Positions 12,563-23,560 of a stretch of DNA of 64,000 bases are shown here, one piece after another; the stretch's first letter is position 1, and each line of letters begins with the position of its first letter. Origin of the DNA: Octopus sinensis (lineage: Eukaryota); the NCBI RefSeq assembly GCF_006345805.1, contig NC_043001.1, forward strand, positions 131,192,001 to 131,256,000. The letters are read 5' to 3'. Both the position numbers and the translations under genes were made by a program. The notes below the pieces were generated by a model, which saw only the letters and a program-made list of their open reading frames with translations, did no database searches and had not been told where the DNA came from.

Positions 12563-13160
12563 AATATATATATATATATGTATATATAAAAATATATATA
12601 TATATTATATATATATATATATATAATATATATATATATATGTGACCTTTCAATATGTGACCTCATGAGTACTGTTGGCGATTTTTTTCCTCTGTCTTCC
12701 CTTCTCGGGATCTTTCCTTCTCCTATGTTTCCAACGAAGAGCTCCGCTCGAAACGTTGAACCCTCCTTCTTCCCTCTTTCCTGAGCGTCCAATAATACTT
12801 TATTTGTTCCACGTCCTTGTGTTGTTGTGTTTTTTTGTGTTTTCTTGTTTGGATTAACTTTATATATATATATATATATATATACACAAATATATACATA
12901 TATATATATATCGCTAAATATATATGAAAAATATAGTTATGTATAAAAAATATATATATATGTATATATAAAAATATATATATATATGAAAATATATATA
13001 TATATATAAATAAAGATATATATGTGTGTGTGTGTGTGTATGATAAATATATTAATGTATATATATATACGAATATATATATATGATTATACAAATATAT
13101 ATATATATATAATAAATATATATGTATATATAAATATACATATATATATATATGTATATA
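12482..13160. repeat. Two compound (TA)n/(TG)n microsatellite blocks flanking a ~220-bp unique core (12642-12861)
   Basis: Directly visible. It is the source of the low-complexity Y/I ORFs in the track. Confidence 0.95.
12727..12761 (+). ncRNA. Degenerate minimal type I hammerhead-ribozyme motif (Penelope-like LTR type)
   Basis: GTTT-CCAACGA-A-GAGC(TCC)GCTC-GAAAC-GTT-GAAC. Stem I is GTTT/GAAC, stem II is GAGC/GCTC, then GAAA and a palindromic ACGT stem III. The core deviates from CUGANGA at two positions. Confidence 0.5.
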
Positions 13161-13165
13161 ATTAA

Positions 13166-13346
13166 GAGAAATAACTTCTATTAAGAATTCTATAGTGAAA
13201 GACATTATCTATATTATATAGAAAAAATTTAAACATACTATAATAAATATTCAAAAAATCACTAAATTAAATAAACATTAAATTGACTACGTTCGTTTCG
13301 TGACTATATCTTCCACTATTGAATTACTTGATAGAGGTTATTTCTC
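13166..13346. mobile_element. TTAA-flanked MITE with GAG...CTC termini (Kolobok-like)
   Basis: TTAA|GAGAAATAACTTCTATTAAG-AATTCTATAGTGAAAGA ... TCTTCCACTATTGAATTACTTGATAGAGGTTATTTCTC|TTAA. About 40-bp imperfect inverted repeats, with TTAA at 13162-13165 and 13347-13350. Confidence 0.6.
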
Positions 13347-14423
13347 TTAAAAACAGAAGTCAGCTAGTTGCAACCAATGGTGCCCTTTCTGAAGAGACTG
13401 AAATCATAAGTGGTGTCCCCCATGGAACTATTCTGAGGTCATTGCTGTTCATAATAGCCCTGTTAGACATGTCCACTGTCAACTCAGACAGCCATTGTCA
13501 GCAGCTATGCTGATGACACAAAATTATCACAAGCAGTAAAAAGTGAAGAGGATGTTACAAGCTTACAGTGTACAAGTGGGCCAAAATAAACAACATGTAG
13601 TCCAATGCTGGAAAATTTCAAGTACTGCAATACAAACTCAGTACAAATATAGTACGAAGTACATTTACAGGACCCGAAGGCACTACAATCCCAAAGTCAC
13701 AGGCAGTGAAAGACTCGGGGATCAGCATGTGCAATGGCGCATCATTTAATATGCACATAAGATGGTAGCAAAGTGCAGACAACTGGCAGGATGGATACTG
13801 AAGTCCTTCAGGACAAGAAACCAAGAAGTTATGTTGACCCTGTGGAGAACCTTTGCTCTCAGCCACCTGAAGCAGTCCAATGCCACTACACTAAAAAGAT
13901 TGCTACAGTGCAGTGGATGAGCTATAGGGATAGGCTGAGAAAACTACAGCTCTACTCCTTGGAGCGAAAGCATAACACATATGCAATAATATACATATGG
14001 AAAATCCTAGAAAGGGCTAGTACCCACCTTTGTCATTGAGTGTTATACAAATGCCAGAACTGGCCGCAATTGTATTGTACCAAAGGTACCATCCACTCCA
14101 TCTAAATTCAGGACCAGGTATTGCAATAGTCTAGGGTTCAAAGGCCAACAGCTTTTCAATGCCCTGTTACAAAAATTAAGAAATTTGAACGAGGTGGGAG
14201 TAGATATCTTCAAAAAGATACCAAATGAACTAACAGCCCGACATGAGGTACAGACGAGGGCAGCAGAATCAAACTCAATTATACATCAAAGGTACCAACA
14301 GCTGGGAAAGAGGAGTGGTGATGTGAAACACACAGAGTGAGGAAGTTAGGAAGAACATGGTAGTGCTCCAGCATGGTAGTGCTCCAGCCACATACCTGAA
14401 ATGAATAAAAGAAAGTAAAAGAG
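13347..14423 (+). mobile_element. 5'-truncated CR1-group LINE (reverse transcriptase C-half plus 3' UTR), decayed
   Basis: LKNRSQLVATNGALS...SGVPHGTILRSLLF (SGVPQG motif), SYADDTK at about 13505-13525, LQLYSLERK..YAIIYIWKIL, GFKGQQLFNAL, RAAESNSIIHQ. Frameshifts and stops throughout. Confidence 0.9.
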
Positions 14424-14806
14424 AATATATATATATATATAAAGAAAAGTATATATATATAAATATGTATGTATAAAAATATATATATACAAATATATAT
14501 ACAAAATATATATATATATATATATTTCAACAATTGAGGGTAAAATTAATTAATTAATCAATTTCACCAAGTATTCAGTATGCAAAGGGACCATTTAAGG
14601 CGAATTCAAATTATTACATTATATAAAAGGGCTTAGTAAAATAAATTACTTTGCCGCATACTGAACTCATTAGAAATAGCAGCCAAAAAAAACTTTTCTA
14701 AAACTATTTTAGAAATAGTTTTAGAAAAGCTTTTTTTGGCTGCTATTTCTAATGAGTTCAGTATGCGGCAAAGTAATTTATTTTACTAAGCCCTTTTATA
14801 TAATGT

Positions 14807-14837
<31 letters not shown>

Positions 14838-14880
14838 CATATATATATATGTAAATATATATGTATAAATATATATAGAA
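14424..14880. repeat. (TA)n blocks at 14424-14524 and 14806-14880 flanking a core that contains a 191-bp palindrome (14616-14806)
   Basis: Arms 14616-14709 and 14713-14806 are reverse complements with one mismatch (14692/14730). The loop is TAG. Confidence 0.9.
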
Positions 14881-15219
14881 ATATTATTATTTCTAAGTCT
14901 CTCTAAAGGAGACTATGGCAGCGGTACTGGATATTAACAGTTATCGCCAAGCTAATATGGCAGTCCATAAATATATGACTAGAGCTGCCGTTGATTAGCT
15001 CCAAGAGGCCATCGCATCTAGCTAGCTATATGACACACAAACCTGTGTCCATTATAACCTTCGAGCAGGGGAGGTCAGCTGCTTCCCCTTGCTGGTCAGG
15101 CATCTGCAGACATGTCATCATGTCTGTCATCATTACACTTTTGAGAGAAATTGAGTGAACAGACGCTGGATGCTCATTGGTTGGATTCTCCCTGTTTTTT
15201 TAAAGATGTAGCCTTCTCA

Positions 15220-15570
15220 TACATACAAAACTATCTTCCCAATTAGCCATCCTTTGATATTGTTGCACCTCTTATGTGTCCATTGCTTACACTGGGTAGA
15301 TCTTATGGAGTTTCTACCTATGCCTTTTAGGCAGATCGAGCAGGCCCATCTACCTGAAGGGATTTGTGGTTTGTCTGCCTTCCTACTTACTAAGATTTTG
15401 GTTTTAGCTAGGTTGACTCTAAGGCCCTTCGATTCTAATCCTTGCTTCCTCACCTGAAACCTTTCCCCTAGTTCTGATAGTGACTCAGCAATTAGAGCAA
15501 GGTGATCAACATAGAGGAGCTCCCAGGGGCAACTTGTCTTGTATTCCTCTGTTATTGCCCGGAGGACTAT
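15220..15570 (-). mobile_element. RTE/RTE-X-like LINE reverse transcriptase fragment
   Basis: ORF 15217..15633 reads PWELLYVDHLALIAES (decayed YADD), GLESKGLRVNLAKTKILV, then Cys/His-rich WACSICLKGIGRNSIRSTQCKQWTHKRC. Confidence 0.85.
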
Positions 15571-15582
15571 GATAATATATAT

Positions 15583-15624
<42 letters not shown>

Positions 15625-16870
15625 GTTTCTCATGTATAATCAATTGGATGCTCTTAATTCCAATGATGAGTATTCAGTTTGTTGATCATCCTAACATCCA
15701 GATCATTGAAGGTGTGTATTTCACAAACACATGTACCTTCTCACCAGAAGCAGTGTGTATGTGTGAGAAGGCTGCATCTTTAAAAAAAAACAGGGACAAT
15801 CCAACTAACGAGCTTCTGTTTACTCAATTTCTCTCAAAAGTGTAAATTGCTGAAAACTACAGAAAATGGTACTTGCCTACCATACCATGCAGTGGGGAAA
15901 AAACCCAAGATTTCCTTAATGTAAAGCAAACTTTTTAACCATTTTTACCGTTTTCACAAGTATGATTATATTTCCTTTAAACAAACTGTCACTAAATCTG
16001 AATGTTAGAATAGTTTGTTTCAAAGAATTGGAGTAACTGATCAGGTGCTTATGAGCAACTCTTAGGCCCAGTATTGACACATATATCATAGTTATGAGTG
16101 AGAATACAGAATGATACTCAGGGCATGGCGCATGTTTTTCAGTCCAGTCTGTTTCTCATTTGCACATACTAAAAATGGTAGGACCATGGTGTTAATACAA
16201 ATACATATGCAAGCAAACACACATACAACATACCAGGAAAGCACAGATTATTTCTTATTTAGAAGTAGATAACATGGTTTCTGTTGAAGATTATTTACTG
16301 AAGTGAGGAAGGTAAATTTGCAGGGTTCTTACTGTATAGAATAGAATGCTTCCCGGAACCTGGTCTGACTATTCACTTTGAGCTCAAGTCTTACCATGGT
16401 CAAATTTGGTTTTTATCCTTTCGGATAGAATAGAAGAAAAAAATAATACCAACCCAGGATGGTGGATTAGCAAAACTAGAGTTTATGGTAGAAAATATTT
16501 ACTTGAGGTGCTGCGGAAAGAAGCTAAACCTGAAATCAAGCATCCAGAAAGTAAACTTCTTAATCACTCAGCCATGCCTGTAGCTACTATGTGCATTGAA
16601 ATATTTTCTTAAATGATATTTGGAAACTGGAGATATGTTGCTTGCCATCTGTGTTTGTGTGTATGTCTGTATTCTTTTATTTTGCGTTTCATTTATTGAA
16701 CTGCAGATATGCTGGGGTATCAACTTGAAGGATTTTGGTTGTTCCATTTTGTAACCAGTATTCATTTCAGCCTGGTGCATATTATATCAGTTTCACTTGA
16801 CCTACAAATTTTATAGAGTATAAAGGCAGACAACAACATAATCAACACACACACAAGGGTATACACAAAA

Positions 16871-17266
16871 GGTGCAGGAGTGGCAAGTAGCTTGCTTACC
16901 AACCACATGGTTCTGGGTTCATTCCCACAGCCAGGCATCTTGGGCAAGTGTCTTCTACTATAGCCTCGGGTCGACCAAAGCCTTGTGAGTGGATTTGGTA
17001 GATGGAAACTGAAAGAAGCCCGTCGTATATATGTATATAGGTATGTGTGTGTATATTTTTTTGTGTCTTTATTTGTACCCCAACATCGCTTGACAACCGA
17101 GGGTGGTGTGTTTACGTCCCCGTAACTTAGTGGTTCGGCAAAAGAGACTGATAGAATAAGTACTAGGCTTCCAAAGAATAAGTCCTGGGATCGATTTGCT
17201 CGACCAAAGGCGGTGCTCCAGCATGGCCGCAGTCAAATGACTGAAACAAGTAAAAGAGTAAAGAGT
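16871..17266 (+). mobile_element. SINE family A, near full-length
   Basis: Colinear with 6354-6750. Tail is AAGTAAAAGAGTAAAAGAG. Confidence 0.85.
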
Positions 17267-20200
17267 ATACCTTTTTCCATTTGACAATTGCTGCTACAGT
17301 CCATTGTAATAGTTGGAAGTTTGTACAGATTTTAAAAAAGTTGGAGTTCTAAATTTCAGGACTAATATTTCGATTAAACATTGGTTAAACATATTCATTC
17401 CACTTCCGCAGTTACTGTGAAATAGGGAAGTTTTTGAAATCACACTAGAATGGGAAATGTTTTGGAGATTTGGTTCCTATATTGTCATGCTACCAAATAT
17501 TGCTCAGCAAGTGAAGTAGAAAATCATTTTAAAAAGGAAATATATTACACGAGATTTAAATTGAATTATTATTCTTTTATTTTTGATTCTATTCAAAAAG
17601 CTAGTTATATAGAGGCAAAAATTATAAATAATAGATTATTGCTACTTTTATTTAGCCATAATTTCTATGCAAGATTAGTAATGACAAAATTGATTTAACT
17701 TTTTCATGTACCTCCTTTGTTTGACTGCTGTACCGTAATCTTTCTCTTTCAGCTATTTTATATTGTATAATATGCATATAGCACACATCATACATATATA
17801 TATATATACACACACTCACTTACAGAACTTTTCAAGAAGAAAGCTCAATATTTGTATTTTATTGTTTAAATGAGTATTACATGTATATATAACATGTAGA
17901 AGTGTTAAATTTTCAATATTCACCGTCAGTCATTTCATTGTTATATAAAATAGAAATAAGCTACATCACAATTATTTGATGTGCACAACTTTTTCCCATG
18001 TTTTATATTTTATCATTTCAATGTATATGCTACAATGTTAGTCCAACTTAACAGTAATTCTTATTTTGCCTTTCATATATCTGTGAAGCATGCCAAGACT
18101 ATTCTTTATATAACTTTCTTTACTCATTCACGTATGCAAGTTTTCATAAGATTTTGCGCTCACATTCTTATTCTTTCTTGCTTTGCACTTATAAGATCTA
18201 TGAGCCAATTTAGGTGCATTCTTTATTTTCAAGAAGCCATAGAAATTGAAATAACCTCTTGACAGAATTTTCTCAATAATCAGCATTTATAAAGATTCTA
18301 TTACACAATGTTTAATTATCAAACCATTTTTACTAGAAGTTCCTGCTGTATTACACAATATAATACAATGAATTTTGCTTATCCATTTAACGTATTTTGA
18401 TATTTGCTATTAGTTTGATATTATTCATTATCTGCAGGTATCTCTTTTTTTTTTTCAATTTAAGTTATGCCATCAATTTACAAAAGTAAAAATGTTATTT
18501 TATATTTTGAATTTTTAAATAAAATAAAAATAAATTAGTAAAATAGCAGAAAATACAATTGTATAACTTCTAAATAAAATAATATCAGACATGTGAATTC
18601 TGTTCTTCCTACTTATATTTATCTTTCCCCATAAATACATTCTGATAACTATACATGGATTAAATGGTATTCATTTCCAACCTCTTACAAATGATCTGTT
18701 GTTGCTTAGTTGATTTTCTCAAAGCAGCCAAGATTCAAAGATATATTTCTTGATACAGAAAGAAGAATATTAAAACAATGTCGATAAGGTAATTCCCAAT
18801 TGCTTAATTTTGCAACAAACCTTGAAGAATGCTGTAAGAAATTGAAAGAAACTGCTGAAAATTCTAAATAATATGAGATTTATTTATTAGAGAATTACAG
18901 AAAATTTATCTACAAATAATATTTATATAGGAATTTGAACAACAAAAATAGTTTTAAGTTAATGTAAGAAATAAAAAACATTGCAATATATTTTAAAATT
19001 TGACTAGGTATTTTTGGCTTGTAATTATAAAAATAGTCACTTCAAACAATGTCTGAGTTCATACACATCACCAGTGTATAGATTTTTATCATTTTGTGGA
19101 TTAATTTAAATCTATATTCAAATTAACATAGAAATGTCCCTGAAGAAATGCAATCACAAACCAAGTTATTTTAAAATATAAATAAAAAGAAATTAGTACA
19201 AAAAACCCCCAGTAACATACAAGAAGTTACATAAAAAAATATTTCATCAATAACATTTTAAGTTGCCATACTAGGGTCTCATAAGAGTTCTAAAGTAACA
19301 AATAGGAAATTTAACCATGTATTCTATTGATCAGCAGCATATAATCAATCCAGTCAAAGAATAAGATGTGTTTTATTTATTAATTCATTCACTCTAAGAG
19401 TTTTAAGTGAAATACAAAACCTTTAATACAAAAATAATGAAATGCAGGAAATTAGCAAAATGTATAAATAAAAATATTAACTACAAAAAGAAAAAAAAAA
19501 GGAAAATTAAAATTACTCACTAAATCCCAAATGATGGGATTCAAAAATAATCTATTCTAGCTTCAGATATTGATAAGAATGTGAAAAAAAAAGAGAGAAA
19601 AAGAGAGAGAGAAACAAATAGTACATACAAACACAAACAAAAGGAAGCATAAAACTTAAAGTGATATATCACTCAAAATTTTGCAACAGATATTTATGAA
19701 ATATCATATTGTAGTTATTGTAGTTGATGTTTCTAAGTCCCTGAAGTTCCAATCATTTTATCTTATATCAGTTTTTGTTGGTTTTCTATGTCTTTCATGA
19801 AATTCTGTATAGACATAGAAAGATTAATTTTCAAAGTAATAAGATGCAGAAAGATACCTTGAATGAACTGCTATTTCATTAGAATATCTCATGCATACAG
19901 ATGTGTATATCTATATACTATGAAGAGTATACATACAAATGTATATCCAGCTATGCATAAAAAAATATTTGCCATTATCTTTTAAATATTATCATTAGCA
20001 CTGTCATATTTCTGAAAACTGCATCTCTGGATTCTTTTATGCCTTATTTCAAGCAACATATTTAAATGATAACAGATCTCGGAATAAAAAAAGAAAAGAT
20101 ACAAAATACTACAAAAGCGGTGCTAAATATCTTGACCTCCCAACTTTTGAAACAAAGTGATATATTTCTTCTCTAATTGTTATGCAACATTAGAATAGAT

Positions 20201-20899
20201 TTCAGTGAAAATCTGATTCACAGAACAGCACATGTACAACAAATGGTTTTAGAGGGAAAAGCTTCATATGAATAAATTATGGTTAAGGTAAAGAAACCAT
20301 GAAATTTAGTCTGCTTTTAAATTCTATTTAGAAATTTCACTGAACTTTTAAACAAAAAATGGGTGAAGAATCAGCACCAGTTTCCTGGCCTGGATTATTA
20401 ACTTCACATCTGTTCTCGAGAACTCACAGTGTTCAGTAAACATCTATGATAGAAGTAACTACAAAATAAAAGAATTACTGACCTTTGTAAATTAATCGCT
20501 TATATAAATTCATTCTTGTTTATATTAAAGTGGCAGTTTTTGACAAACAAAAGTGTTTAAACTGCTTTATTGTCCATAGGAATAAATAACTTTAGCAATT
20601 ATGAGTAAAAAGATATTTACTAATTTGTAACAATATATGTTAGTTGAAGATACTGAATCAGGAACAAGTTTCTATTAATTTCCACATGTCACTGATAAAA
20701 CATCAATAAAACCATGTTAATGCTTATCAGTAAACCAATACAATAGCATGCTTTATTTCAGGTTGTTTACAAAAGAAACAGAAATAATAGTATAATTATT
20801 GGTGACAGAAGCAGTATTATTACAAAAAGGCAATCTTTATATTCAACTTAATATGGATGTTATGTTGGAACACTGAATACTGTAGTATTTACCTTAAGA

Positions 20900-21168
20900 G
20901 GACATTTCATATGGATGCACAGTGCATAAAAGCACAATATTTATAACACTGGCAGATGAGAATTACCTGCAGGTGTCAAAACTGCCAGATCATGTGATTT
21001 TGACATATTCTGTTTCATCCGATGACAGATGTCCACTAGCTGCTTACCAGTTGAAACTCTGTCAATAATGTACAGAATTCATGGGAGATGCTCATTATAG
21101 ATGATTCTCATCTGCCAGTGATATACATATGTGTGCTTTTATGCACCATGCATCCACATGAGAGGCCC
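20900..21168. mobile_element. MITE with ~60-bp imperfect terminal inverted repeats (possibly PIF/Harbinger-type)
   Basis: CATATGGATGCACAGTGCATAAAAGCACA...CACTGGCAGATGAGAAT (20908-20963) pairs with ATTCTCATCTGCCAGTG...TGTGCTTTTATGCACCATGCATCCACATG (21104-21160). The right end reads GGGCCTCTCA on the minus strand. No TSD was clear. Confidence 0.6.
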
Positions 21169-21489
21169 ACAGTAGTCGGTGTTCTAACTTAACATCCTGG
21201 TTAAGAGATAAAATAGAGCTAAACTTTAAAAAAATAATGAAGAAGGAATTTGCTGATAGCTGAATTAAGATTGATCACTAAATTGTAAGGTTGCGAGCAG
21301 TGAATTTATCTCGTCTTTCAAGATAATGTATGGAATAAGCAGGAGCATGTATCTACTGTAATGTATCAATAGTAGGGGCAAAGTTTAAAATAGTTAGCTA
21401 AGAAAACGCTCTGAATTTTAAAAAATAACTTTCAATTAAATGATAAAAAAAAAAAAATACTGTAAAATTGCAGTCAATGTATAAAGTGT

Positions 21490-21690
21490 ATGGCCTTAGC
21501 ACCTTCTTAGGCATGGACATACAGGGCAGTTGCCCAGGAGCCTGCAATAGGTGTAGGGTCCCAGGGACCAGCTACAACTTTAGGGGCCCTTGGTGCTAGT
21601 CTATATATGCTGTGCTTAACTGTTAATAAATGCAGGGGCCACATGGCATTTCTTTGCCTAAGGCTTATGATGATCTTAAGAAGGCCTTGT
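21490..21690. mobile_element. Degenerate hAT-like MITE remnant
   Basis: GC-rich island ending CTTAAGAAGGCCTTG, similar to CTTAAGACGGCCCTG-type hAT ends. The left end is decayed. Confidence 0.3.
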
Positions 21691-22070
21691 ATGGCATTAC
21701 TTCGTTTACAAGTGCAGAGAGAAGAAATGAATCAATGTTTATATAACTTTTGTTTGAGCTGGAGTTGGTTAATGAATTAGGAACATTCTACACTATACTA
21801 ACCTCAAAACATGTTGTTGTAAGATTTAGGGACTCAAGCATGGCATGTTTTAATTCCTAAATATTGGTAGGTTGTTTGTTGGAAGAAATTTTGTAAATAC
21901 ACTGACCATCCCAAGCAATTACTCAACAAATAACTTTAAGATCTGGAGGCTATGTGCTAGTCTATGGTGCAAAGAGGCACACATATTTATATAGCTATAT
22001 ATACAATTGTCTTCCATATAGTTTCTGCCTAACAATTTCACTCACAAGGCAGTGACATGCCCATGTGTGT

Positions 22071-22109
<39 letters not shown>

Positions 22110-22122
22110 AGCATGCACAGGT

Positions 22123-22171
<49 letters not shown>

Positions 22172-23084
22172 CAACTCCAGAGAGACTGGCTAAGAAAATG
22201 CCACAAAAGACTATAATCAACTAAGAAGTAGTCCATTGCAATTTTATCATCTGGCTGATTCCACATGTACTACAGATAATGCTTCTGAAATCATAGGTTC
22301 ATCAATCCCTGGTGAGTTAAGATCCACCATAAACAAATTCAAGCTGTCAGTATTTCTTTCAAGAATGACAACGATATGTGTAAATATATTTTACTAACAT
22401 AAGCTTATTTTCAAAGGCATACAAAAAGTATTTGGGAGAATCAGTTGGATAGTATTTACAATTAAGATGTTTATATGAATTCTGAAACATAACCAAGAGT
22501 TTTGGGAAATATCTGCCCAACATTATAGATGACTAATGATTAAATAGCTTTACTATTTATTACTGACCATACAACATGCAGAGGTGAAACCATGTATTCA
22601 AACTTATCTATTTAAGATAGATACGAGATGTGTGTGTGCTAATGCTGGTAAGCTAAGGATTCCACTTATGAGCTAGTATCCTAGTTTCTTCATTAATTTA
22701 TCTATTGTCTGATTATAGAGCTTCTGATAACAGAGATATTTTCAGTTCAAAAGTATCCGTCAGTGGATGAATAACGTTATTGGATTCTAAGAGACATCAC
22801 TGGATTCTAACTCTTCTGGCTACACCAGCATGAGTAGAAGTCATCCCTGTGAGCTAATTAACCACAGTTCAGTTTTACAGTGCTGCCGCTGTTTATAGAG
22901 TTATCCTGTGCAGATAGATTAATGAAATGTCTGCAAATTAGAAATCCTGGTTAGATATAATATTGTGATGTATCTTACTGAAATCTTGGTAGGGTTTTTT
23001 CGTTTTATTTGTAGGGTCTAAAGGAAGGTGTAATGCCCATGGCCCTTGCAGGCCCTCCTATCTGAGTGAGACTAATGCCATTAA

Positions 23085-23305
23085 CCCTTTAGTGTTCGCA
23101 TTATTCTACCAAAATTAATGCTTTTTCATCCACCTTGTTTTGAATTCATCATGCATTATCTTGTAACTTTGAGAGTCTGATGAGGTAATTGTTAATTTTT
23201 AAAACGATATTGTAGGGTTGGTGTGAGAGACCAGATCTGGCCAGTTTGAACATAAAACAGGCAGAATACTTTTGGCCGGGTATGGCTGGTTTAAATGCTA
23301 AAGGG
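23085..23305 (+). mobile_element. piggyBac-type MITE M1 (same subfamily as 5632-5894)
   Basis: TTAA|CCCTTTAG...CTAAAGGG|TTAA, with a single GGCAGAATACTTTT unit. Confidence 0.9.
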
Positions 23306-23314
23306 TTAATGTTG

Positions 23315-23560
23315 TTCTAGGACCTTAGCAATTCAATGCCTGCAGGAAAGATATGAGCAGAGACAGAATTCCAGAGCGTTCTTATTTAGGGAAGGGAGAA
23401 CTAAGCAGAGGGACTAGTATGGAGCCTTGAGTGGGAAGTTGGACACATGAGTGATGAGTAGAAGAGAAGTGAATGGGACAGAAATGTCTGAGTGGAGGTA
23501 ATGTGAGCTCAACCAGCTCTGAAAAGCAGAAGTAGGAGAGAAAAAGAGAGAGGAAAGACA
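23315..23560 (-). mobile_element. CR1/L2/Jockey-group LINE 3' fragment
   Basis: Minus strand reads HHSCVQLPT...SSPFPK / TLWNSVSAHIFPAGIEL, resembling the SFFPRT..LWNSLP..VFP terminal motif. Confidence 0.45.

Noticed and set aside
21195-21450. Possible mitochondrial insertion (NUMT)
   Set aside because: I could not recognise any mitochondrial gene translation. Left unclassified.
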